Positions 26,019-34,428 of a stretch of DNA of 64,000 bases are shown here, piece by piece. The notes under the pieces were generated by a model. It worked only from the letters and a program-made list of their open reading frames with translations, did not search any database and had not been told where the DNA came from. The stretch spans positions 29,938 through 93,937 of the forward strand of contig JAXLVH010000004.1 in NCBI GenBank assembly GCA_046329105.1. The letters run 5' to 3'. Position 1 is the stretch's first letter; the number at the start of each line of letters is the position of its first letter. The translations under genes were made by a program, and so were the position numbers. The stretch is from Flavobacteriales bacterium (GTDB lineage Bacteria > Bacteroidota > Bacteroidia > Flavobacteriales_F > PHOS-HE28).

Positions 26019-26632
26019 GGATCACGCTGAGCGCGTCGAAGCACCACCAAGCAATTGCCGCACTGTTTTCAACGGATCGGGTCTGGACCGTTCTATGGTG
26101 TATTGCGCTTTGGCGCGCTCAGCGTGACAGTTCATAAAGATCCCCAAAGCCGTGTCACGCTGAGCATGCCGAAGCGCTACCCCAATGTCACGCACGCTCC
26201 CCTGCAATGTCACGTGGAGCATGCCGACGCGCTATTCCGATACCGTTCGCTCTCCCATGTGCTGTCACGCTGAGCCTGCCGTAGCGCTACTTCGATGCCT
26301 TGCAAAATCCCAAGCAATGTCACGCTGAGCATGCCGAAGCGCTATCCCGATGTCATGCACGCTCCCCTGCAATGTCACGCTGAGTGCGCCTGTCCTGACA
26401 AAGGAAGGACCGAAGCGCTATTCCGATACCGATCGCTCTCCCATGTTCTGTCACGCTGAGCTTGTCGAACCGGTCCTCGCTTCGCAGTCTTCGCCGCCGC
26501 GAAGCGCTTTTTGCGCCTGCATCGCCTTCGAGTAGCCGCTTCGGCGCAGCAAGGCGCCAGAGCGCTCCGGCGTCGACGCTTGGAGCGCGGAGCGGCTACG
26601 CATAGGCGCGGTCGGCAGGCTCACTATGACAT
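26019..26632. repeat. Array of TGTCACGCTGAGC-family repeats, locus B (about 5 tandem ~55-bp units plus a long terminal hairpin)
   Basis: Units are a 27-bp repeat plus ~28-bp spacer-like segment falling into two related classes. Terminal ~180-bp imperfect palindrome TGTCACGCTGAGCTTGTCGAACCGG...GGCTCACTATGACA. First ~160 bp is a direct repeat of 24010-24169. Confidence 0.8.
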
Positions 26633-26789
26633 TCAATAGGGATCATGATGGAGGTATGATAGGATCCTTGCCTGCCATCAGCGGGATGACGCAGGTTCAT
26701 CGAGGTAGCCTTCGCATGGCTGCGGCTACTGAAAGCGGGAGACCCGGCGGGCGAGATACAGAATGATCCCGTAGAACCGGATGATGCGT

Positions 26790-29700
26790 TCAGAGCACCT
26801 CCACCAGACCACCGTCACTCACGTAAAGCAGGTACCCGCTAACACTCGCTTCACCGAGTTCGCGGAGCAGGCGCATGTACAGGGCCACTTGTTCGTGATG
26901 CGCAGGTGAAGGCGCGCCGGTCTTGATGTCGAGCACGCGAGTGCCGGTGCCATCGGTGGTGAGGCGATCGGGGCGATGGGCATGGCCATGGGCATCGATC
27001 AAGGTGGCTTCGGTACGCGTGCGCAGCCCGGGTGCGAAGAAGGGTGCCACATCGGGGCGGGCCAGGAGGGCGGCCAGGCGTTGGTGAATGGCGTCCTTGT
27101 CCTGTGGGGCGACCCCGGCGGCCGCGGCCTCGCTTTCCACCGCTGCCGCAAGGTCTTCGGTCACGTGCGTGCGTGCCAGGATGGCGTGCAGCAGCTTGCC
27201 ATGGGCGCGGAAGGGATCGGGATCGACGGGATCCCAGTTGGTGGGAGCCTCCTGACGAATGCGGATGCGTACAGGTTCAGCGGGCATGGGCGCATGCAGA
27301 TCCAAGAGGCCTTCCCGGTCACGTTCCGTGTGCGTGGGTGCGGGTGACCGGGTTCCACGTTCCAGGCGGTCGCCGGGGCCGAGGCCAAGGATCGTGCAGG
27401 CCGCATGGCCCGCGCCGCTCTTGCGGCGGCCATCGAAGGCGGCGTACAGTCGCAGCACGGGCCGGGTGAAGGCCACATAGATGAGGTCCATCACATCGAG
27501 TGCGCCCAGTTCCTTCTCCTCCTCGATCGCGGGGATGCCCAGCGCGTCCAGCACCTTGTTGGGCGTTACGAGCGCGGCAGGGAGTTCAGGTACCGTTGGG
27601 CGGGGATCGATCCATTGTCGGTCGCGCTTGTTGGATCCCAGCATGTCGGCGAAGGGGACGATGACCACCGGGAACTCCAGCCCCTTGCTCTTGTGTACGG
27701 TCATCACCTGCACGGCGGCCTTGTTGGTCGCGCCGCCCACCGGGCGTTTCCGGGCCGTGCGTTCCCAATGTTCCAGGAAAGCGGGTATGGCACTGCCGTG
27801 CTCCTGGGCGAAGGTGTGGGCCTCGTTGAGCAGGCCGAGGGCGAAGGCATCACGCGAGGGATCGAGGTCCAGCGCGCGCAGGATGGCGTGCAACAGGGCA
27901 TGGAGCGGTGCGCGGGGATGGATGGCCGGACGGGTGCTGCACCATGTGCGCATCTGCTCCGCGGGGTGCCCGCGCTCGGGCGCCGTGCCGTGGTCGGGTC
28001 GCAGCAGGGCGAGCAGTTGCACGGCCTGTGCGGCGCTCACGTCATCGGGTCTGCAGGTCCAGGCCAGCAGCGCCATGGCGGTGCGCGCACCGGGATCGGC
28101 GCCCAAGGACAAGGCATCTGGCGACACCACCTGGTGGCCCTGCACCACGAGGTGCGCGGCCACGGCATTGCCCTGGTTGCCCGAGCGCACCAGTACGGCG
28201 ATGTCGCCCGGTTTGAAGCCATCGGCCAGCGCTTCGCGCACGGCTCCGGCCGTGAATACCAGAGGGTCAGGATCGATATGTTCGTCATCCCCGGGAGCAT
28301 CGTTCTTCTCCGGCTTCGCGAAGCACGCCACCCGGACAAGGCCCTCATGGTCGTTCACGGCGAGCTGGGCGGGCGCGTCGTACACGATCCGGTATTTTTC
28401 CGGCAGGGTATCGCGGAGCGCGGCGAAGAGGTCATTGTTGAAGGCGATGACGGCTCGCGCGCTGCGGCGGTTCTCCAGCAGCGGGTCGATGGGCGCCCAG
28501 GTGCGCAGGAGGATGCCTTCGTGGCCGTCGCCGTCGGCCAGGCGCTCCTTGCCGAAGAGGTGGGGCAGGGCGGTGAACTGGCGGGCTTCACCATTGCGCC
28601 AGCGGTAGATGGCCTGCTTGGCATCGCCCACCAGCAGGGCCGTTCCACCGGTGCTGAGGGCGTTGGTGATGAGCGGAAGCAGGGCGTGCCATTGCAGCAG
28701 CGAGGTGTCCTGGAACTCGTCGATCAAGAAGTGCCGGTATTTTTCTCCGAGCCGTTCGTACAGGAAGGGCGCCGGTTCACGCTGCACGATCGCGGCCACC
28801 TTTTTCACCAGGTCGCTGAAGAAGACGAGGGCCTCCTCCCGTTTCACCGTTTCGAGCCGGTCACTCAGCAGATGCAGGCCGGCCGCGGGGAGCAGGTCCT
28901 CCAGCACGGCGCAGCGCAAGGTGTGCGCTCCCAGTTCACCCGACCCCCGTAGATCCTCCACTTCCTGTATCGTTTTTCGCAGCAGCGGGGCTGTCCGCTC
29001 CACGGCAGCCTTCACTGATGCCGATGCTTTGCCGCTGGTCCATGCGTCCTTCGCCATGGCTTTCCGCACGTGATCGTTCGGGTCCAGCGCCACGTCAAAT
29101 ACGGCGAGCTTGTTCAAGTACGACCAAGGGCCGTTCTTGCCATAGGCCAGGTCGTCCGCGTTGATGCCTTCGGCAGCCAGTGCGGCCAAGGCGTTGCGGC
29201 CGAGGGTGCGCAGGCGCTCGCGGAAGGTGTGCGTGGCACGGCGCAGGTCGCGCTGGATCGCCACGAAGTCCTGGTCCTGTGAGTCTTGCAGTTTCAGCAA
29301 GGGATCGATGGCGGCCTCCTTGGTAAGCTGGTCCGAGAGGTTGAGGAGGGGCCGATCGACGCGCCAGACATCCTCGTTCTCCACCAGGTCCGACCCGATG
29401 GAGGTGAGCAATGTGGTGAGCGCGGGGTCGCTACCGGCATCCTCCAGCAGGCGGTCCACGGCCCGGGCGCGCATTTCCTTTTCCTCGGTTGTCATGCGCA
29501 GTTCGCTGTCCATCTGCAGGTCACGGGCGAAGGGCATCACCACGCGGCGGGTGAAGGCGTCAATGGTGCTCACGGCGAACTGCGGCCAGTGATGCAGGAT
29601 GTGGGTGAGTGTGCGGGCAGCGCGCTCGCGCACGGTGGCCGGGTCAAGGCCCGCCTCGCGAACGATGGTGTCGCGCACGTTGGCCAGGGCACCGGTCAGT

Positions 29701-29897
29701 TCCGTTCCGGCCGCGAGTCCTTCCAGGTAGGTGATGATGCGTTCGCGCATCTCGCCGGCGGCCTTGTTGGTGAAGGTGAGCGCCAGGATGCGACCGTACG
29801 CGCCGGGTTCGTCTTCCCGCAACGCCAGCAGCAGGTAGTGCCGCACCAGTGCGTGGGTCTTGCCGGCACCGGCCGAGCTATGGAGTGCTTGGAACAC
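26790..29897 (-). CDS. AddA/RecB-like helicase-nuclease (UvrD-family helicase with C-terminal PD-(D/E)xK nuclease)
   Basis: 1035 aa. N-terminal SSAGAGKTHALV Walker A and ILALTFTNKAAGEMRERI (UvrD motif I/Ia). C-terminal nuclease motif ...VLDIKTG...EQVALYMRLL.... No adjacent AddB-like partner. Confidence 0.8.
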   Translation of the reverse strand: MFQALHSSAGAGKTHALVRHYLLLALREDEPGAYGRILALTFTNKAAGEMRERIITYLEGLAAGTELTGALANVRDTIVREAGLDPATVRERAARTLTHILHHWPQFAVSTIDAFTRRVVMPFARDLQMDSELRMTTEEKEMRARAVDRLLEDAGSDPALTTLLTSIGSDLVENEDVWRVDRPLLNLSDQLTKEAAIDPLLKLQDSQDQDFVAIQRDLRRATHTFRERLRTLGRNALAALAAEGINADDLAYGKNGPWSYLNKLAVFDVALDPNDHVRKAMAKDAWTSGKASASVKAAVERTAPLLRKTIQEVEDLRGSGELGAHTLRCAVLEDLLPAAGLHLLSDRLETVKREEALVFFSDLVKKVAAIVQREPAPFLYERLGEKYRHFLIDEFQDTSLLQWHALLPLITNALSTGGTALLVGDAKQAIYRWRNGEARQFTALPHLFGKERLADGDGHEGILLRTWAPIDPLLENRRSARAVIAFNNDLFAALRDTLPEKYRIVYDAPAQLAVNDHEGLVRVACFAKPEKNDAPGDDEHIDPDPLVFTAGAVREALADGFKPGDIAVLVRSGNQGNAVAAHLVVQGHQVVSPDALSLGADPGARTAMALLAWTCRPDDVSAAQAVQLLALLRPDHGTAPERGHPAEQMRTWCSTRPAIHPRAPLHALLHAILRALDLDPSRDAFALGLLNEAHTFAQEHGSAIPAFLEHWERTARKRPVGGATNKAAVQVMTVHKSKGLEFPVVIVPFADMLGSNKRDRQWIDPRPTVPELPAALVTPNKVLDALGIPAIEEEKELGALDVMDLIYVAFTRPVLRLYAAFDGRRKSGAGHAACTILGLGPGDRLERGTRSPAPTHTERDREGLLDLHAPMPAEPVRIRIRQEAPTNWDPVDPDPFRAHGKLLHAILARTHVTEDLAAAVESEAAAAGVAPQDKDAIHQRLAALLARPDVAPFFAPGLRTRTEATLIDAHGHAHRPDRLTTDGTGTRVLDIKTGAPSPAHHEQVALYMRLLRELGEASVSGYLLYVSDGGLVEVL

Positions 29898-30054
29898 GGC
29901 GCAAAGTAGGATGGGAGCACAAGGCTGGTGGGAAAATGACCGGGCTCATTGCGTGGAGCGTGGGTCACGGGACTACTTTCGCCGGAAGCACCTGGTCAAA
30001 CGTGCAACGGGACCGTCCGCTCGCGCGTATCAACAAGGAACGAAACCCGATCAC

Positions 30055-30810
30055 ATGAAGAAGACGATCCTGGCCATGTTCGGCACCGCGATCCTGCTGG
30101 CCGGCTGCGAAAAGGACGATCTGGAGGAGACGCATGAGAACCTCGTGGGCCCCGATGGTGCCAACACCGTGGTGGCCATGAGCATGAGCTTCACGCACGA
30201 CGGTGCGGCCTTCGATACGAGCATGGTCCTCACCGACGTTCAAGGTGTGCGATACAAGCTCGAACAGCTCCGTTTCTACATGGGCCACTTCGACTTCACC
30301 AACGACAACCACGACAGTGTGGCATCGTTCCCGAACAAGTATTTGAAAGTGGACCTGGCCGAGGGGGGCACGATCCGCAACATCGGCCAGCTCAGCGGGC
30401 ATTTGCACGACATGAGCTTCGGCCTCGGAGTGGACAGTGTGAACAATCACGCTGATCCGGCAACGGTGGAAGCACCCCTGGGCGTGAACGGCATGTACTG
30501 GACATGGAACCAGGGCTACATCTTCCTGGCGATCGATGGTCGCTGGGACAGTAATAACGACGGGCAAGTAGGTGAAGGCGATCAGATGCTGAGTTACCAC
30601 CCGGGTCGGGATTCCCTGTACACGCCGATGGTGTTGCAAGTGCATACCGACGCGGACCAGGGAGGCAACGTGGTGCTGCCTTTGGACCTGAACATCGACA
30701 CCTTGATGGCGGGCATTGATATCCAGGCCTTGCCGGTATCGCATGATGTCAGCGATCATACCGTCCGCCTGATGCATCAGCTCTCGACCGCGATCACCCA
30801 CGTGCAGTAG
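30055..30810 (+). CDS. Periplasmic lipoprotein, putative MbnP-like copper-binding protein (partner of downstream di-heme peroxidase)
   Basis: 252 aa. Lipobox LLAGC. Paralog of the next gene with conserved GMYWTW..Y.FL..GR.D motif. Identity as MbnP is inferred from size and context only. Confidence 0.4.
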   Translation: MKKTILAMFGTAILLAGCEKDDLEETHENLVGPDGANTVVAMSMSFTHDGAAFDTSMVLTDVQGVRYKLEQLRFYMGHFDFTNDNHDSVASFPNKYLKVDLAEGGTIRNIGQLSGHLHDMSFGLGVDSVNNHADPATVEAPLGVNGMYWTWNQGYIFLAIDGRWDSNNDGQVGEGDQMLSYHPGRDSLYTPMVLQVHTDADQGGNVVLPLDLNIDTLMAGIDIQALPVSHDVSDHTVRLMHQLSTAITHVQ

Positions 30811-31572
30811 ATGAAGAATGCAGTGCTCCTCCTCGCTTCGGCGATGCTCGTCGGATGCCGTCACGACCCACCGGTGGAACCCGAGCCGTTGCCGCCACCC
30901 GGCGGTACGCCCAGCGGCGTATTGCGGATCACGTTCCGGCCCATTTGGGACGGAACAGCCTTCGACAAGACCAACGTGTACCTGAGCGCGGCGAACGAGC
31001 GCGTACTGATCCAGCAGGTGAAATTCTACCTGAGCCCATTGGTGTTCTCGGGCGACACCACCGCTCGCGCCACCGATGCGGTGCTGCTCGATCTGGTGAA
31101 CGGACCGGAAGCACGGAGCTACAGCCTGCCGGTGGGCACGTACGACAGCCTGCATTACGGCCTCGGTCTGCCGTACAATCTGAACCATGCGGATGTCACG
31201 GGGATCGATCCCGGATCGGACCTCGGCGCGGGCTCCGGCATGTACTGGACCTGGGCCACCATGTACCGCTTTTTGATCTTCGAGGGGCGGTACGATACGG
31301 ATCCAGCGGGAACGGGCACGCCGCCCTACCAGTTCAGCCTGCACACCGGTCGTGATGAATGCTACCGTGAACGGACCATCGCCACGCCGCTCGCGATGAC
31401 GGACGGCGACACCACGGACCTGATCATCGATGTGGATGTGGCGCGTTTCTTCACCGACGGGAACCAACTGCTGGACCTGTCGCAAGGCCCGCAAGCGCAC
31501 GGGGAGGTGGAGAACCTGGGGCCCGCGCTGCGGCTGAGTGATCTCGCGGTGAAGGCCATCAACGCGGAATGA
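30811..31572 (+). CDS. Periplasmic lipoprotein, second putative MbnP-like paralog
   Basis: 253 aa. Lipobox MLVGC. Same conserved tryptophan-rich motif. Immediately follows the previous stop. Confidence 0.4.
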   Translation: MKNAVLLLASAMLVGCRHDPPVEPEPLPPPGGTPSGVLRITFRPIWDGTAFDKTNVYLSAANERVLIQQVKFYLSPLVFSGDTTARATDAVLLDLVNGPEARSYSLPVGTYDSLHYGLGLPYNLNHADVTGIDPGSDLGAGSGMYWTWATMYRFLIFEGRYDTDPAGTGTPPYQFSLHTGRDECYRERTIATPLAMTDGDTTDLIIDVDVARFFTDGNQLLDLSQGPQAHGEVENLGPALRLSDLAVKAINAE

Positions 31573-31575
31573 GCG

Positions 31576-32592
31576 ATGCCGCGGCGGTCCCTCCTTCTGC
31601 TGCTCTGCATCGCCAGCATCGGCTGCCGCAAGGAGGAGGCCGTTCCGGACAAGGAGGTGGACGAGGCGTTCGTGGTGCTCATGCCGCCCGGGGCTCCATC
31701 CCTGCCGGTGCCCTCCGGGAATGAACCTACCGTTGCAAGGGTAACATTGGGCAAGGCGCTGTTCTTCGATGAGCGCTTGTCCACGGGCAACGGCATCTCC
31801 TGCGCGAGCTGTCATCATGCGGACCGAGCCTTCGGCGACACCTTGCCGTTGAGCATCGGTGCGCAGGGCCTGCATGGACTGCGCAATGCGCCCACCCTGG
31901 CCAATGTGGCGTGGCAGCCGTACCTGTTCGCGGATGGCGGCATGCCCACCCTTGAACAACAAGTGCTCTCGCCCATCCACACCGAAGAGGAGATGGCCAG
32001 CAACATCGTGGACGCGGCCGCGGCGCTGGAGGGCGATGAGCGTTATGCCGCGTTGAGCCGGTTGGGCTACGGCCGCGAATTGGATCCCTTCGTCATCACC
32101 CGGGCCATCGCCTGTTACGAACGCACGCTGGTGAGTGGGTGGTCGCGTTACGATCGTTACGTGTACGAAGGGGATCAGAACGCACTCACGGATCAGGAAC
32201 GCCACGGGTACGAACTGTTCACGAGCGCGTCCATCGGCTGTTCCGGTTGCCACAGCGGCTACAGCCTCAGCGATCACAGCTTCCGCAACGTGGGCCTGGC
32301 CTCTGACCTGGTGGCCGATCCGGGTCGGCAGCGCATCACGTTGGACCCGGCCGACCGGGGCAAATTCAAAGTGCCCACTTTGCGCAACGTGGCCCTCACC
32401 GCACCGTACATGCACGATGGTTCGCTGGCCACGCTCGATGCGGTGGTGGCGCATTTCGTCGGCGGTGGAACAGAGGACCCGTTGAAGGATCCGCTTGTAC
32501 ACCCCTTGGACCTCAGCGCCCAGGACCAGGCGGACCTTGTGGCCTTCCTGCACACGCTGACCGATGACCGATCTTTGGACCAGGTACCATGA
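31576..32592 (+). CDS. Di-heme cytochrome c peroxidase family protein (CCP/MauG/MbnH-like)
   Basis: 338 aa. Two CXXCH motifs (CASCHH, CSGCHS) ~145 aa apart. Conserved PYMHDGS segment. Lipoprotein-like N-terminus. Confidence 0.8.
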   Translation: MPRRSLLLLLCIASIGCRKEEAVPDKEVDEAFVVLMPPGAPSLPVPSGNEPTVARVTLGKALFFDERLSTGNGISCASCHHADRAFGDTLPLSIGAQGLHGLRNAPTLANVAWQPYLFADGGMPTLEQQVLSPIHTEEEMASNIVDAAAALEGDERYAALSRLGYGRELDPFVITRAIACYERTLVSGWSRYDRYVYEGDQNALTDQERHGYELFTSASIGCSGCHSGYSLSDHSFRNVGLASDLVADPGRQRITLDPADRGKFKVPTLRNVALTAPYMHDGSLATLDAVVAHFVGGGTEDPLKDPLVHPLDLSAQDQADLVAFLHTLTDDRSLDQVP

Positions 32593-33776
32593 AGAAGAGA
32601 CACCACCTGCTCGTTGCTATCCTGACCATGGTATTTTTCTCGGCCTCGTGCCGCGAAGAGGAACCAGCGGTGCCCGACCCCCCGTCGGGGAACGAAGGGG
32701 GTAACGGCTACGGATTCGCGCCACATACGCCCGTACCGGTGGTGCTGGACATCCCGGCCAACATGCCGCCGATGCCCATACCACCCGACAATCCGCTCAC
32801 GGAGGAAGGCATTGCCCTGGGCCGATTCCTGTTCTATGAGGAACGCCTCAGCGGGGACAACACCATGAGTTGCGCGCAATGCCACGCTCCGGCCCATGCG
32901 TTCACCGATGGCAATGCGGTCAGCGTGGGGATCGATGGCATCGCCGGTAACCGGTCCTCCATGCCGCTCATCAACCTCGGCTATGCGCAGAGCTTCTTCT
33001 GGGACGGCCGCGTGGCGACCTTGGAGGAGCAGATCCTCAATCCGGTCCGGAATCCCATCGAGATGCACGAGATCTGGCCCGATGTCGTATCCAAGCTGCA
33101 GGCGGATACCGCGTACGTCAAGTTGTTCTGGGATGCGTTCGGAACGACCACCGTGGACTCCTTGCTCGCCGCGAAAGCGGTCGCTCAGTTCCTGCGTACA
33201 CTGATCAGCGCGAACAGTCCCTGGGACAAGTGGCGGCGCTTCGAGGGCACCATTCCGCTGGATGCCCAGATCGGCTACGACCTGTTCAAGATGGAAGGCG
33301 GTCCGGTGGGCATGCCATTCCAGTTGCCGGGTATGGATTCAACGATCATCGGGCAGGGAGGCGCGGATTGTTTCCACTGCCACGTGGAGGCGGCCGGGCT
33401 GTTCACCGATGAGCAGTTCCACAACAACGGGCTGGACAGCGAACCCTTCGCTGACCTGGGCCGCGGCGGCTTCAACAACGATCCGTTCGACAACGGGAAG
33501 TTCAAGACGCCCACGCTGCGCAACATCATGCTTTCCGCACCCTACATGCACGATGGCCGTTTCGCCACCATCGAGGAGGTGCTGGATCACTACAACGACG
33601 GCGGGCATCCGAGTTCCACGGTGGATCCCTTCATGAAATTCACCGACCCGGACCTGACCCTGGAGTTGGACGCCACGAAGCGCGCGCAGATCCTGGCCTT
33701 CCTGAATACGCTCACGGACACGGAGTTCATCGAGAACCCCGCGTTCGCCGATCCCGGACCGCCGCATTGGCCGTAG
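32589..33776 (+). CDS. Di-heme cytochrome c peroxidase family protein (second copy)
   Basis: 395 aa. CAQCHAP and CFHCHVE heme motifs. PYMHDGR. Start overlaps the upstream stop (ATGA). Confidence 0.8.
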   Translation: MKKRHHLLVAILTMVFFSASCREEEPAVPDPPSGNEGGNGYGFAPHTPVPVVLDIPANMPPMPIPPDNPLTEEGIALGRFLFYEERLSGDNTMSCAQCHAPAHAFTDGNAVSVGIDGIAGNRSSMPLINLGYAQSFFWDGRVATLEEQILNPVRNPIEMHEIWPDVVSKLQADTAYVKLFWDAFGTTTVDSLLAAKAVAQFLRTLISANSPWDKWRRFEGTIPLDAQIGYDLFKMEGGPVGMPFQLPGMDSTIIGQGGADCFHCHVEAAGLFTDEQFHNNGLDSEPFADLGRGGFNNDPFDNGKFKTPTLRNIMLSAPYMHDGRFATIEEVLDHYNDGGHPSSTVDPFMKFTDPDLTLELDATKRAQILAFLNTLTDTEFIENPAFADPGPPHWP

Positions 33777-34090
33777 GAACGGGACCGGCCCGGTCCATGT
33801 GTGCGTTCCGGAACAGGTAAGGGATGAGATGAGGGTGAAGGGTCCGGCCGAAGCCATTGTACCTCCTGCAGTAAAATATACTCGGGTCTGATCGCGCGTT
33901 CCGCATGCGGAATGAAGAATTCTCCGCACTACTTCACCGCGCAGGTCGTTCCGTAGCACCTGCTCCGCAGGTCGTCCTGCAGAAGGATCGGAACGTATCA
34001 TCGGACCACCCCTTATCGTGTATTGGTATAATACCCCTTCGCAATCCAGCATCGTCCGATCGAACCATGAAATCCCATGCTGGATCCGAC

Positions 34091-34281
34091 GAAGCGCTTC
34101 GACGGGCTCAGCGTGACATATTGGATGGCCCCTTACTGCGAAATGGTTTGACCCCTTCACTAGACCTCCGTCCCAATTGCCCGGAGGAATGAATAAGACG
34201 TGTCACGGTGAGCCTGCCGAACCGGTCCCTGCTTCGCCGTAGCGGCTACGCAAAGGCGCGGTCGACGGACTCACCGTGACA
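34091..34281. repeat. TGTCACGCTGAGC-family repeats, locus C: one inverted single copy plus an 81-bp imperfect palindromic hairpin element
   Basis: 34091-34118 is a reverse-oriented copy (GAAGCGCTTCGACGGGCTCAGCGTGACA). 34201-34281 is TGTCACGGTGAGCC...GACTCACCGTGACA with arms complementary, related to the terminal hairpin of locus B. Confidence 0.75.
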
Positions 34282-34428
34282 CGCTGATGGAAGTACGACG
34301 GAGGTTTACTTCCTCCTCCCGGTCGGATCTGTGGACAGGGTGCGCTTGAGGAGGAGGGTTGAAGCGGGAGCCTTGGCCTTGGCGCACCTTTGCTTCCGAG
34401 TATATCCCATTCCCGGAGCAACAGGCTC

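Noticed and set aside
26019-26632. Possible CRISPR array (27-bp repeats with ~28-bp spacers)
   Set aside because: Repeats are degenerate and occur in both orientations. The spacers are mutually similar (two classes) rather than unique. Arrays end in long palindromes. No cas genes are present in the window.
30055-31572. Calling the two lipoproteins imelysin/M75-like
   Set aside because: They are ~250 aa and lack the HxxE motif of imelysins. MbnP-like remains an inference and was given low confidence rather than asserted.
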